From positions 1 through 56,268 of the forward strand of contig JALFRH010000053.1 in NCBI GenBank assembly GCA_022785155.1: a stretch of 56,268 nt of DNA, read 5' to 3'. The stretch comes from Spirochaetales bacterium (lineage in GTDB: Bacteria; Spirochaetota; Spirochaetia; Sphaerochaetales; Sphaerochaetaceae). The notes beneath the pieces were generated by a model that was given only the letters and a program-made list of their open reading frames with translations, was not told the DNA's origin and made no database searches. The position numbers were made by a program, and so were the translations under genes. Below are positions 36,158 to 46,006 of the stretch, in pieces. How positions within the stretch are numbered: position 1 is the first letter of the stretch; the number at the start of each line of letters is the position of its first letter.

Positions 36158-38164
36158 ATGAAAAGAAAGAGTTTTGGAAAGTGGGCTATCGTAGCTCTTC
36201 TCGTAGTTGCTGTACTTTTCAGCTTTACTGTCTGCAGTAAGAAGGCTGATACAACACCTACAACAACTACAACTACAACTACTACAGCTCCAGCTACCAC
36301 TGCTCCAGTCACTACAGCTCAGGAAAAGGTTGAGACACCTGTTGTGACTGCTCCGGAACCGGCTCCTGTTGTTGAGCCAGTTGTAGAACCTGTTGTTGAA
36401 CCAGTTGTAGAGACCCCAAAGGCTGAGGAGCCGGCAGTAGTCGAAACTCCTGCAGTTGTTGAGGAACCAGTGGTCGTAGAGGAACCAGTGGCAGAAGCTC
36501 CTGTTGCTGAAGAACCAGTAATCGATGTTCCTGTATTCTCCACAATTATCAGCGCATACGGATTGTCTGCTAACGTAGAAGCATACTCCGATCACGCTGT
36601 TATCACTCTCCCAGCCGGTACAACTGCAAATGATATCAAGATGATTGCAGAAGCTTTCGTAAAGGCTTATCCAGAAGCAGCTGCAGTTACATACTCTCTT
36701 GACGGCGACAAGCTCAACCTCAGCTACCCAGCACAGGCCGATGCCGTTATCGTAGCAGTTGTTGCTCAGGTCGAAAAGGACGTCAAGTGGGCTGCTGATC
36801 AGATTTTCGGAACACCTGCAAAGGCAGAAGTTGCTGAAGAAGCTCCAGTTGAAGCTCCTGTTGTCGAAGAAGCTCCAGTTGTTGAAGACAAATCTTTCAC
36901 AGTTAAGGAAAACGGAGATATCGTTGCTTGGTATAGCTACAGAGGACTTGCTGAAGCTAAGGTCGAAATGACTGATACAGAAGCTGTCATCACATACCCA
37001 GCTGAATATATCTACAAGTCTGATATCGATGCTGCTGTTGCAGTTGCAGCTAGCCTCTTCCCTCAGTATGTACCATATGTTACATATTCAATCCCAGAGG
37101 AAGGAACTCTTGTTGTTGACTATCCAGCAATCGGTACAACAGAAAAAGTATCTATTCTCGGATACCTCAATGATGCTGTAACTACATATATTGACGGTGT
37201 ATTCACTGAGATGTTCAAGGCAGAAGCTCCAGCAGTTGTCGAGGAAGCTCCAGTTGAAGAAGCAGCTCCAGTTGAAGTACCTGTATTCTCAACAATCATT
37301 TCTACACACGGCCTCTCAGCCAACGTCGTTGCATACAGCGACCACGCAGAGATCACAGTTCCAGAGGGAGCTACAAAGGCTGACGTAGACTATGTAGCAG
37401 CAGCTCTTGTCCAGGCATATCCAGTTGCAGCAGCTTGCCAGTACTCCTTCGACGGTTCAGTCGTAACAGTTACATACCCAGCACAGAGCGATGCATTCGT
37501 AGTAGCAGCAGTAAAGCAGCTTGAAAGCGATGCAAAGTGGGCAGCTGATCAGCTCTTCGGAACAGCAGTTGCAGCAGCTCCAGCAGTTGTCGTGGAAGCA
37601 CCTGTTGAAGTAGTAGCTCCAGTTGTAGAAGTAACTCCAGTTGTAGAACCAGCACCAGTTGCTGAAGCACCAAAGGCAGAAGCTCCAGTTGAAGAAGCTA
37701 AGCCAGAACCAGCTCCAGTTGCAGCACCAGTTGTTGCTCCAGAGCCAAAGGCTGTCGAGACAATCAATAAGTTCTCTGCTAGTGTTGCAGGTGTTGCTAA
37801 GATTAACAGTGCTTACGATCCATCATTCTATGCTACATTCGAAGGTAGATTCGGTTATGATTTCACATCTAACTTCTCTGCTGGATTTAGTGTTGGTTTT
37901 GATCTTGATGGTTATGTTCCAGTCAAGGTATTCGGAAAGTATAACCTCCCAATCGAAGGTCTCTATGTAAAGGCTGATGTCGGTGGAAGAATCGGTCTTG
38001 ATAACCGCGGAAATCAGTTCGTTCTTGGTGCAGACCTCGGATATGAACATGCTCTTACAGATTCTATCTCTGTATTCGGAGAAGCTGGTGCTGAATTCAT
38101 ATTCGCAGCTGATAAGGTTCAGGTTGTTCCTGGCGTTGCAGTTGGTGCTAAGATCACATTCTAA
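36158..38164 (+). CDS. Putative surface-exposed outer-membrane protein: lipobox signal peptide, Thr/Pro/Val/Glu linkers, three copies of an uncharacterised domain of about 100 aa, and a C-terminal beta-barrel
   Basis: Signal peptide MKRKSFGKWAIVALLVVAVLFSFTVC, then a T11 run and (PVVE)n. The domain repeats begin VPVFSTIISAYGLSANVEAYSDHAVITLP.., SFTVKENGDIVAWYSYRG.. and VPVFSTIISTHGLSANVVAYSDHAEITVP... The last ~170 aa alternate in an amphipathic beta pattern and end ..VGAKITF. Confidence 0.75.
   Translation: MKRKSFGKWAIVALLVVAVLFSFTVCSKKADTTPTTTTTTTTTAPATTAPVTTAQEKVETPVVTAPEPAPVVEPVVEPVVEPVVETPKAEEPAVVETPAVVEEPVVVEEPVAEAPVAEEPVIDVPVFSTIISAYGLSANVEAYSDHAVITLPAGTTANDIKMIAEAFVKAYPEAAAVTYSLDGDKLNLSYPAQADAVIVAVVAQVEKDVKWAADQIFGTPAKAEVAEEAPVEAPVVEEAPVVEDKSFTVKENGDIVAWYSYRGLAEAKVEMTDTEAVITYPAEYIYKSDIDAAVAVAASLFPQYVPYVTYSIPEEGTLVVDYPAIGTTEKVSILGYLNDAVTTYIDGVFTEMFKAEAPAVVEEAPVEEAAPVEVPVFSTIISTHGLSANVVAYSDHAEITVPEGATKADVDYVAAALVQAYPVAAACQYSFDGSVVTVTYPAQSDAFVVAAVKQLESDAKWAADQLFGTAVAAAPAVVVEAPVEVVAPVVEVTPVVEPAPVAEAPKAEAPVEEAKPEPAPVAAPVVAPEPKAVETINKFSASVAGVAKINSAYDPSFYATFEGRFGYDFTSNFSAGFSVGFDLDGYVPVKVFGKYNLPIEGLYVKADVGGRIGLDNRGNQFVLGADLGYEHALTDSISVFGEAGAEFIFAADKVQVVPGVAVGAKITF
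36365..36412 (+). repeat. Near-perfect tandem repeat (24-nt unit x2, 12-nt sub-period) encoding PVVEPVVEPVVEPVVE
   Basis: cctgttgttgagccagttgtagaa / cctgttgttgaaccagttgtagag. Confidence 0.85.
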
Positions 38165-38183
38165 TCAGATTTGGAATGACATA

Positions 38184-38209
38184 AAGGGCTGGGAGACCAG
38201 CCCTTTTTT
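38184..38209 (+). terminator. Rho-independent terminator between the two surface-protein paralogues
   Basis: AAGGGCTGG-gaga-CCAGCCCTT followed by a T run. Confidence 0.85.
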
Positions 38210-38301
38210 CTGTGTAAAATAAGTGTATTGAAATAAACTTGGATTGTATAATGTCACTTCTGCAATTATTATTTGTTTATAAGAATACATAAGAGGTGTT
38301 C

Positions 38302-39939
38302 ATGAAATCTAAAAAGAATTTACTTAAGGTTTTATCTGTCGTATTTGTTGTTTTTTTGCTGCTGATGACCCTATCTTCCTGTAAGAAAAAAGAAAGCGAA
38401 GATAAACTTGCTGCTAATCCTTCAGCTTTGGTAAATATGAATGCAGTTGCTCAGAGTGGTGCTAATTCCGGTAATTCCATAGTATCTGTTCCTGTACCTG
38501 TAAATGGTAAGGAAATGTATACTACTGTAAGCGAAGAAATAGTTGAAAAACCTTCTCCATCAGAAGAAGTATCAATGAGCTTAATAAAAACTCAAAATAA
38601 ACCTGAAGAAAAAGAAGAAATAGTAGAGGTTTCTCCAAGACCTACTACTGAAGCAGTTGTTCCAGTTCCTCCTGTATTTGCATCCAATTTAGATGCAGTT
38701 GTTTCCAATGTAGAAGTAATTGAGAATAAATCTGAACTGGAAACAGTTGAAATGGAGCCATCTCCTGCTGCATCTTTTGAGCCAGAGAATTATGAAGGAC
38801 CTTCAAATATTAAAGACGCTTCTGATGACAGAGGCGCCATCCTTAGTGATAGTTATTCTTATGCTGGATATAATGTAGAGTTTAAAGTATATCCAGATAA
38901 GGCTATATTTAGATTTCTCCAGTCTAATCCTTCGATTCAGTTTATTTCTGCTCTCCTTGATAAAGTCGTTGAGGTTTACCCAGTTGTATATGATGCCGTC
39001 TCTTATAGCTATGATGGTGAAGTCCTTGAATTGTCTTATGCTGATGGTTTCTTTGGCAGCAATAAGGAAGAAGTTTATACCAATCTCTTTAAACTTAGGG
39101 ATATACTTCTTTCTTTTGAAGAAAGCACCAATAAATATAGTAAGGAGTATCAACTCTTTGGAAAGAAAGTATATATTGAAGCAGATGAAACTGGTGCCTT
39201 CATTACATCCGACCAGCCTTTCTCCGGGGAAGAAATAGCATATGCCATTGAAGTATTAAAGGCCAATTACCCTGAAGAAAGCAAATATGTTACTTATTCT
39301 TTGGAATCAGATGGCATCAAGCTTACGTATCCTGAAGTGGATGAGGATTATATTGTTGTTGCCCTTGATGAACTGGAGAAACTCATACTTTCTTATACTC
39401 CTATGCCTATAGCTATGGTTGAAGAAAGTGGAATAGATGTAGAAACGCCAGTTGTTCCAGAAGAGACAACTCAAGAAGAGGCAAAGGAAGAAAGCGAAAT
39501 CATCAAGGTTGAACCTTTGACAACTGCAGGAAAGACACTATCCAAGATATCACTTGGAGTTACTCTTAAGTCTGATTTTGATTTCTCAGATAATAATCCA
39601 TTTGTATTTGGCCTGGAAGTAAGAGGTGAATACCAAATCAATAGTAGATTCGGTGCTGGAATTAAAGTTGGATACGATTTTGCTGGATACATTCCTGTAA
39701 TGGGATATATCAAGTACAATTTTCCAAATCCAGAGGGACTATATGTCTTTGGAGAGGCTGGATTATCAATAGGCTTGGGAGATAAGCCCACAGGTCTAAT
39801 CCTAGGTGCCGGCATTGGTTATGAGGTTGAGTTGATAGATAATCTTTCCATCTTTGGTGAAGCAGGTGTCATGTTCAAATCCAATTCGGATGTAAAGGTT
39901 GTCCCCAATCTTACAATCGGTGCAAAATATAGTTTCTGA
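38302..39939 (+). CDS. Paralogous putative surface/outer-membrane protein: lipobox, spacer, two copies of the same domain class, and a C-terminal beta-barrel
   Basis: Signal peptide MKSKKNLLKVLSVVFVVFLLLMTLSSC. Domains resemble YSYAGYNVEFKVYPDKAIFRF...VYPVVYDAVSYSYDGEVLELSY and FGKKVYIEADETGAFITS...ANYPEESKYVTYSLESDGIKLTYP. The barrel ends ..LTIGAKYSF. The ATG at 38302 lies 5 nt after AAGAGG. Confidence 0.75.
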   Translation: MKSKKNLLKVLSVVFVVFLLLMTLSSCKKKESEDKLAANPSALVNMNAVAQSGANSGNSIVSVPVPVNGKEMYTTVSEEIVEKPSPSEEVSMSLIKTQNKPEEKEEIVEVSPRPTTEAVVPVPPVFASNLDAVVSNVEVIENKSELETVEMEPSPAASFEPENYEGPSNIKDASDDRGAILSDSYSYAGYNVEFKVYPDKAIFRFLQSNPSIQFISALLDKVVEVYPVVYDAVSYSYDGEVLELSYADGFFGSNKEEVYTNLFKLRDILLSFEESTNKYSKEYQLFGKKVYIEADETGAFITSDQPFSGEEIAYAIEVLKANYPEESKYVTYSLESDGIKLTYPEVDEDYIVVALDELEKLILSYTPMPIAMVEESGIDVETPVVPEETTQEEAKEESEIIKVEPLTTAGKTLSKISLGVTLKSDFDFSDNNPFVFGLEVRGEYQINSRFGAGIKVGYDFAGYIPVMGYIKYNFPNPEGLYVFGEAGLSIGLGDKPTGLILGAGIGYEVELIDNLSIFGEAGVMFKSNSDVKVVPNLTIGAKYSF

Positions 39940-39946
39940 GGTGAAA

Positions 39947-40456
39947 ATGGAAAACCAATATACTAAAAAACCAAATAAAAAGAGTGCAAAACAAGCTCAA
40001 CAGAGGAACTCAAAGAAGCAGAATAGGCCTCAAAAGAGTGAAAAAGCAAAGAAGGGAGGAAGACAAGGTAAGCAGCCTATCAGCGGTTTCTCGACTCTCT
40101 CCCAAGTTGCAGGAGTCCCTTTAAAGAGATCATACCACTCATCTTTGGATGTTCCTCTTCCAAAAGTCGTGTCAGAACCACATCCTATCTGTCCTTATTG
40201 TGGAGAGAAAATAGACTTGATCGCCGATTCCTTCTTTGTGGGCGGAGAATACATTCATTTCGATTGTATGCTTTCTTCCATTAAGGAAAAGGAAGTGTTG
40301 AAAGAGAATCAGTGTATCAGTTATATCGGTTCCGGTGCATTTGGTGTATGTCAGAAGAATGAAGATGGCAACTACACCATCATAAAAAGAATCGAAGTAG
40401 AGAATAAAGAAGATTCCTTGAAGATGAAGGATTACGTAGAAGGACTAAAAGTGTGA
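39947..40456 (+). CDS. Hypothetical protein with Lys/Gln-rich basic N-terminus and a CPYC...HFDC zinc-ribbon-like motif
   Basis: GAGGTG RBS. The stop overlaps the coaD GTG start. No family recognised. Confidence 0.55.
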   Translation: MENQYTKKPNKKSAKQAQQRNSKKQNRPQKSEKAKKGGRQGKQPISGFSTLSQVAGVPLKRSYHSSLDVPLPKVVSEPHPICPYCGEKIDLIADSFFVGGEYIHFDCMLSSIKEKEVLKENQCISYIGSGAFGVCQKNEDGNYTIIKRIEVENKEDSLKMKDYVEGLKV

Positions 40457-40935
40457 AGACTGCAGTATTTCCCGGTTCATTCGATCCAATGACCAACGGT
40501 CATTTGGATATTGTCAAAAGGGCTGCTATTCTCTTTGACAAAGTATATGTAGCTGTAGGAGTCAATAGCAGTAAGACGCCGCTTTTTACACCAGATGAGA
40601 GGATCGCACTTGTAAAGGAAAGTGTAAAAGACCTTCCCAATGTGGAAGTTTGTCTTATAAAGGGTCTTGTTGTGACCCATGCAAAGGAACTTGGAGCCCA
40701 ATGGATTGTTAAAGGTCTGAGGGATGAAGAAGACTTCAGATATGAATCTGACTTGGAGAGAAACAACAAATTCATTGAAAGTGAAGTGGAGACCATTTAT
40801 CTATCTGCATCAAGGGAGAACATTTCAACAAGGTCTTCCAGCATTAAAGAGTTCATAAAATATGGTGTGGATGTTACAGGATTCCTTCCAAAACCCTTCG
40901 CAAGAGTGATTACAGAAAGATTTTTTTCCAAATAA
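40453..40935 (+). CDS. coaD: Phosphopantetheine adenylyltransferase
   Basis: AVFPGSFDPMTNGHLDIVKRA (T/HxGH motif) and an ISSS-like motif (ISTRSSSIKE). Confidence 0.92.
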   Translation: MKTAVFPGSFDPMTNGHLDIVKRAAILFDKVYVAVGVNSSKTPLFTPDERIALVKESVKDLPNVEVCLIKGLVVTHAKELGAQWIVKGLRDEEDFRYESDLERNNKFIESEVETIYLSASRENISTRSSSIKEFIKYGVDVTGFLPKPFARVITERFFSK

Positions 40936-40955
40936 CTCTTTTCTGTATTGAGAAT

Positions 40956-40989
40956 AAAGAGCTTTAGGCAGGCTAGAGCTCTTTTTTTT
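40956..40989 (+). terminator. Rho-independent terminator after coaD
   Basis: Stem of about 12 bp (AAAGAGCTTTAG..CTAGAGCTCTTT) followed by a T8 run. Confidence 0.8.
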
Positions 40990-41044
40990 ATCAAATTTCT
41001 ATTGACTAAACACCTCGTTTTTTCGTTTAATAGTCATGTTGATT

Positions 41045-41126
41045 GGAGAGGTTCCCGAGCGGTCAAAGGGGGCAGACTGTAAATCTGTTGGCTATGCCTT
41101 CGAAGGTCCGAATCCTTCTCTCTCCA
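41045..41126 (+). tRNA. tRNA-Tyr (anticodon GTA), long variable arm
   Basis: GGAGAGG acceptor, CCCGAGCGGTCAAAGGG D-arm, anticodon loop CTGTAAA, variable arm TGGCTATGCCTTC, T-arm GAAGG-TCCGAAT-CCTTC. Confidence 0.9.
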
Positions 41127-41130
41127 ACAT

Positions 41131-41157
41131 GCCTCCTTATACTAGGGGGCTTTTTTA
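41131..41157 (+). terminator. Rho-independent terminator after tRNA-Tyr
   Basis: GCCTCC-8 nt-GGGGGC (one G-U pair) followed by a T6 run. Confidence 0.7.
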
Positions 41158-41173
41158 TTTTTGGGAGTTAACC

Positions 41174-41623
41174 ATGTTCTACGATTCAGGTCTTTCCTTT
41201 GAATGTCAAAGATGCAGATATTGTTGCTCTTCTGAGCCTGGGTATGTTTTTCTTTCTGAGAAAGATATTGAAAATGCCAGTGAAGCTTTATCGATACCCA
41301 AAGAAGAGTTCCTGGCACTCTATACAAGAGACGTAGATTACGGCTTGTATTATATGGTTTCTCTGAAAGAAAAAGACAATTACGACTGTATATTCCTATC
41401 AGATAAAGGTTGCTCTATATATAACGGTAGACCTCTGCAGTGCAGGACATATCCTTTTTGGCCCAGTATAGTAGAAAACAGAGCCAATTGGGAAAGCGAG
41501 AAGAAAAGCTGTCCCGGAATCGGCAAGGGATGCATTGTAAGCAAAGAAGAAATTGATGAAATGCTGCAGCAGGGCAATAGGAATATTCCTTTTGTGAAAA
41601 TGAAGAAAAAGAAACATATTTAA
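41174..41623 (+). CDS. YkgJ-family cysteine-cluster protein (CxxCxxCC putative Fe-S/Zn domain)
   Basis: FECQRCRYCCSSEPGYVFL...CIFLSDKGCSIYNGRPLQCRTYPFWP. I chose the ATG at 41174 because the longer track ORF runs through tRNA-Tyr. Confidence 0.75.
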   Translation: MFYDSGLSFECQRCRYCCSSEPGYVFLSEKDIENASEALSIPKEEFLALYTRDVDYGLYYMVSLKEKDNYDCIFLSDKGCSIYNGRPLQCRTYPFWPSIVENRANWESEKKSCPGIGKGCIVSKEEIDEMLQQGNRNIPFVKMKKKKHI

Positions 41624-41675
41624 TATTTTCTTTTTGTTTTTCCGAATTTTTCTGTTATATATATAGTGAAGTCTT

Positions 41676-43517
41676 ATGCCTCGTTTTACAGATAAAACCA
41701 TTGATAATATTCGAAGTAGAGTTACTATCTCCGATGTGATGCAGAACTATGCCTTCATTGAAAACAAGGGAGGATCCAAGTGGGTGAAGTGTCCATTTCA
41801 TGGAGGAGGAAATGAAAGAACACCCTCTTGCAAACTAGACGATGCAAGAGGAACATTCTATTGCTTCGGCTGCCATGAATCTGGCGATATCTTCTCTCTT
41901 GTAATGAAAAAAGAAGGTGTGGACTTTTCATCTGCTGTTGAAATGCTTGCCAAAAAAGCCGGTGTTGAGTTGGAGGAAGTATCAGACACATACAATAAAG
42001 ATGAGGCCAAGAAGAGAAGGGAAGAGAAGGAAAATCTCTATGATTTGTATTCACGGCTTTCAAACACCTTCCACTATCTATTGCTAAACTCAAAAGAGGG
42101 AGAAAAGGCCAGGGAGTATCTTAAGAAAAGAAATGTGAGCTCTGAAATGATTGAACTTTTCCACCTGGGTTATGCTCCATCCAATAAGGATTGGCTCTAT
42201 TCCTTCTTGTCTGGAAAGGGATATAGTCCAACATTTCTGAATCAAAGTGGACTTTTCTCCCAAAAGAGTGATAAATGGCCTCTGTTTCGTAGTAGACTCA
42301 TGTTCCCCATACGCGATAGGCAAGGTAGGACAATTGCCTTCTCTGGCCGTGATTTGACAGGAGACGAAAGGGCCCCTAAATACATAAACAGTCCTGAGAC
42401 TACCATTTATCAGAAAAAGGAGAACTATTTTGGCTTATATGAAGCAAAGAATACTATTGCTGAAGGTAAAATAGGTCCTATTCTCTGTGAGGGAAACTTC
42501 GATGTAGTTGCAATGCATCAGGCTGGATACACCAGTGCCATAGCCTCCCTGGGTACATCCTTTACAAATGAGCAATGTGCAAACATCAAGAAATGGTATC
42601 CAAACAACCAAGTGTTCAATATCCTCTTTGATAGTGATGCTGCTGGACAGAAATCAACAGAAAGAGCTCTGTTGATCATAAACAGAAATGGATTTGAGCA
42701 GAGAGTACATAAGCTCACTACTGCAAAGGATGCCTCCGAGCTTCTGGAAAGAGATGGAGAAGAAGGGGTCAAAAACGAGTTTGAGCCCTATGTTTCTGGC
42801 TTTGACTATCTTGTGCAAACCAACTTAAATCGTTATGATATAAAGACTGCCAGAGGAAAAGTGGATTTTCTTAAATCTCTTTCCGAGTATCTTGCCGGAT
42901 GCAGTAGTGAGGTTGAGAGAGATAGTTATATTTTGTCTCTTTCATCTATACTGGGTGTATCGGACGAAACCATTAAGGAGGATCTGAACAAGGCCAGAAC
43001 CACTGGAAAAAGTGTTGAAGGCGGGGAAGAAGAAGCAGCTGATAATAAGGAAAGAGAGAGAAGAATCTCTATAGATCTTTTTGCCTTGCTCTATCTGGCA
43101 AATCATAGGTCTATTTTCAGAATATATCGTTCTAAGCTTTCCTTTGGCGACCTTGAAGACAGGGATGCGCAGAAGCTATATGTGGCAATGGAAAATGCCA
43201 TGAGAGATGGAGTCGAATCTAATGAACTTTTCTTGACTTATTTGGGTGATCCTGAATTAAGAAGTATGGTCTCCACATCATTTGCCTTAGATGAATATGG
43301 CAAACTGCAGGAAGGAGCCCTTGATGAAGCAATAGATAGAATCAGGTTGAGATCCATGGAAAAGAAAAGGGATGTATTAACCACCCAGCTGAAACTTAGC
43401 GGCACATTGGATCCTGATGAGGTTCAGGATTTGTTGGAGAGAAAAGTCAAGCTGGATATATCAATTAAAGAATTGAGAAGTAAGCTTCTCTTAGTCAAAG
43501 TGAATAGTGAGGAATAA
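41676..43517 (+). CDS. dnaG: DNA primase
   Basis: Zinc finger CPFHGGGNERTPSCKL..YCFGCHESGD, and a TOPRIM domain (LCEGNFDVVAMHQAG, FDSDAAGQK). Confidence 0.93.
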   Translation: MPRFTDKTIDNIRSRVTISDVMQNYAFIENKGGSKWVKCPFHGGGNERTPSCKLDDARGTFYCFGCHESGDIFSLVMKKEGVDFSSAVEMLAKKAGVELEEVSDTYNKDEAKKRREEKENLYDLYSRLSNTFHYLLLNSKEGEKAREYLKKRNVSSEMIELFHLGYAPSNKDWLYSFLSGKGYSPTFLNQSGLFSQKSDKWPLFRSRLMFPIRDRQGRTIAFSGRDLTGDERAPKYINSPETTIYQKKENYFGLYEAKNTIAEGKIGPILCEGNFDVVAMHQAGYTSAIASLGTSFTNEQCANIKKWYPNNQVFNILFDSDAAGQKSTERALLIINRNGFEQRVHKLTTAKDASELLERDGEEGVKNEFEPYVSGFDYLVQTNLNRYDIKTARGKVDFLKSLSEYLAGCSSEVERDSYILSLSSILGVSDETIKEDLNKARTTGKSVEGGEEEAADNKERERRISIDLFALLYLANHRSIFRIYRSKLSFGDLEDRDAQKLYVAMENAMRDGVESNELFLTYLGDPELRSMVSTSFALDEYGKLQEGALDEAIDRIRLRSMEKKRDVLTTQLKLSGTLDPDEVQDLLERKVKLDISIKELRSKLLLVKVNSEE

Positions 43518-45944
43518 ATGGCTGAAGACATCAAAAGAAGTGATCTACTACTTAGTCTAATTAAGCTGGAGAAAGAAAAGGGTTTTGTTTCCCTTGTAGA
43601 CGTCATTGCTGCAAAAAAAGCTTTTAAGGAAGGAAAGAGTTTTTCCAACGAAGAAATTATTGATGCATTAAAGGAATTTGACGTCCATTATACAGAAAGT
43701 GAAGACGGCACAGACTATGATGAAGAAGAACCTACACAGGAAGAACTGGAAGGTAAGGTAGACATTGAAGAGCCTCTTTCTCTTGATGATGACTTTGATG
43801 AATTTGAAGATGAAGAACCTACAGCCGATGATCTCAACGAGCTGGAGAAAGATGTAGACTTTTCTGATGATGAAGATAAGAAAAGACATGATGATGAAGA
43901 CGATGATGAGGATGATGAAGAGGAAATAGAGGAAGAAGAATACGCTGAAGATAATATGAATGAATGGAAAGGCACTGATGAAGATGCCGAAACCAGTGAA
44001 AGGTTCATAGATATTTCTTCTTTCAGCGAACATACTTCTGAGCATCGTGCATCTCATCAGGGCTCAAATAAGTATGATACAAGCCAGGATGATCCTATTA
44101 GACTCTATCTCAAGGAAATAGGAAACGAAAAGCTCCTCACTGGTGAGCAGGAAGTGGAACTTGCAAAACAGATGGAGAAGGGGTCACAGATTGTAAATTC
44201 CGTCATTAGGGAATCTGGAATACTTATTTCTTTCTTCTCAAAAGTCATCGAACATATCAACAAAAAGATTGATGAAGAGAGTGAAGAGACTCTTAGCCCT
44301 GAAGAAATCAAGGAGTTCCTCTCTATCCAGAAACGCTATAACGCAAACTATAAGGATGCTCTTGGAAAAGAAGTTACAAAGGCTATAACAGAATACAATG
44401 AATTGAAGAGCAAGGTCCTTCTTGCTTCTGATGATCCTAAGATGAATCTTGAGCTTATGAAAAAGAGGGAGGAACTTTTAAATAGGCTTGGTGGTCATCC
44501 TGATGAAAAAAGCCCAAGATATGAAGGAAAGAAGAGGGCGGACTTTGAAACAAGGGAAGCTTGGATAGAGTGGTGCAGAGACTGTTCCAGACGTTCTTTG
44601 ATCAAGGAATATAGACAGGCTCAGATTGACATCAAGAAGGAAGAAGAGGAAAGAAATATTGCTCTTACCAGAGACGCAGCAGAACGTGATGCCAAGTTCA
44701 GGGAAGAGCACAAGGATATGAAGCCTCAGGATCTTGAGAAGGAAATAAACAAGTTCCATAACAAGCTGAGGGAGGAAAATACAAATATCGGTCTTGCTTT
44801 GGCCAAGAGATTCAAGGATGCAGAGAAAGAAATCGAAATCTTGGAAAGCAATAACTATATTCCTGTAATCGACTGGATCAGTTCCATTGAGCTTCAGCAG
44901 GAAGACATCGATGATCTGACTGATACCTTTGTCAAGGCAAAGGATACCATTCTTGCCTGCAACTCCAAGAAGGCTGATATCGAATCCAAGCTCCATATCT
45001 CCACTGTCAGAGAGCAGAGACAGCTTGGACGCGACCTTGCAACAAGATCAAAGGCTCAGATGATAGAGGAAAGCTTGGGGCTTGATGTTGAGACTATCAA
45101 GGATCTCATCAAAGAATTGCAGCTTACTGAAAAGAAGCTTAGAAACATTGAGAGTACCTTTGAGTGCAGTACATCAAAAGTTATTGAAGATGTAAACAAC
45201 ATTCAATACGGACAGCGTATCCTTAAGTTTGCCAAGGACAGGCTTATCAAGGCAAACCTCAGATTGGTCGTTTCTATTGCCAAGAAATATACCAACAGGG
45301 GATTACAGTTCTTTGACCTTGTACAGGAAGGAAACATCGGTCTTATCAAGGCTGTTGAGAAGTTTGAATATGCCAAGGGCTTCAAGTTCTCTACTTATGC
45401 CACATGGTGGATCAGACAGGCCATCACCCGTAGTATTTCCGACCAGGCAAGAACTATCAGAGTACCTGTACACATGATCGAACAGATTAATAAGGTTGTA
45501 AGGGTATCGAGAGTATTGATGCAGTCACTTGGTAGAGAACCCACCGACAAAGAGATTGCCGATGAGCTTCAGTGGCCTGAAAGCAAGGTCAAGACAGTCA
45601 AGAGCGTAGCAAGGGAACCAATAAGCCTTGAAACTCCTGTCGGAGAGGAAGAGGATTCTGTACTTTCTGACTTCATTGAGGACAAGGATGCTGAAAACCC
45701 TGCCAACCAGACTGCTTATAAGCTTCTGCAGGATAAGATCAGAGAGCTTCTTTCTGGCTTACCTGAAAGAGAGCAGGAGGTCTTGAGAATGAGATTCGGT
45801 CTTGATGACGGTTATGCCCTTACTCTTGAAGAGGTAGGTTTGTACTTCGATGTAACAAGAGAAAGAATCAGACAGATTGAAGCCAAGGCTCTAAGACGTC
45901 TTAGACACCCTAAGAGAAGTAGACAGTTGAAGGACTGGAACTAA
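43518..45944 (+). CDS. rpoD: Primary RNA polymerase sigma factor RpoD with an enlarged, extremely acidic N-terminal region
   Basis: C-terminal [63 protein letters not shown] and [28 protein letters not shown]. It follows dnaG as in the macromolecular-synthesis operon. Confidence 0.95.
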   Translation: MAEDIKRSDLLLSLIKLEKEKGFVSLVDVIAAKKAFKEGKSFSNEEIIDALKEFDVHYTESEDGTDYDEEEPTQEELEGKVDIEEPLSLDDDFDEFEDEEPTADDLNELEKDVDFSDDEDKKRHDDEDDDEDDEEEIEEEEYAEDNMNEWKGTDEDAETSERFIDISSFSEHTSEHRASHQGSNKYDTSQDDPIRLYLKEIGNEKLLTGEQEVELAKQMEKGSQIVNSVIRESGILISFFSKVIEHINKKIDEESEETLSPEEIKEFLSIQKRYNANYKDALGKEVTKAITEYNELKSKVLLASDDPKMNLELMKKREELLNRLGGHPDEKSPRYEGKKRADFETREAWIEWCRDCSRRSLIKEYRQAQIDIKKEEEERNIALTRDAAERDAKFREEHKDMKPQDLEKEINKFHNKLREENTNIGLALAKRFKDAEKEIEILESNNYIPVIDWISSIELQQEDIDDLTDTFVKAKDTILACNSKKADIESKLHISTVREQRQLGRDLATRSKAQMIEESLGLDVETIKDLIKELQLTEKKLRNIESTFECSTSKVIEDVNNIQYGQRILKFAKDRLIKANLRLVVSIAKKYTNRGLQFFDLVQEGNIGLIKAVEKFEYAKGFKFSTYATWWIRQAITRSISDQARTIRVPVHMIEQINKVVRVSRVLMQSLGREPTDKEIADELQWPESKVKTVKSVAREPISLETPVGEEEDSVLSDFIEDKDAENPANQTAYKLLQDKIRELLSGLPEREQEVLRMRFGLDDGYALTLEEVGLYFDVTRERIRQIEAKALRRLRHPKRSRQLKDWN

Positions 45945-46006
45945 TTATAGTAGATAAAGATAGAAAAATCCGTTAACATGGATTTTTGGTAGGAGAATAT
46001 TTATAA

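Noticed and set aside
36116-37970. Many antisense or alternate-frame ORFs over the first surface-protein gene, e.g. 36116-36595 (-), 36312-36545 (-), 37470-37767 (-) and 37659-37970 (+).
   Set aside because: They are artefacts of the repetitive GTT/GAA/CCA-rich linker DNA, which lacks stop codons in several frames. The + frame starting at 36158 has the signal peptide, the domain repeats and the barrel.
41036-41173. N-terminal extension of the YkgJ-like ORF (track start 41036).
   Set aside because: The extension is the translation of tRNA-Tyr and its terminator. The ATG at 41174 with a GGGAG RBS gives a normal family-length protein.
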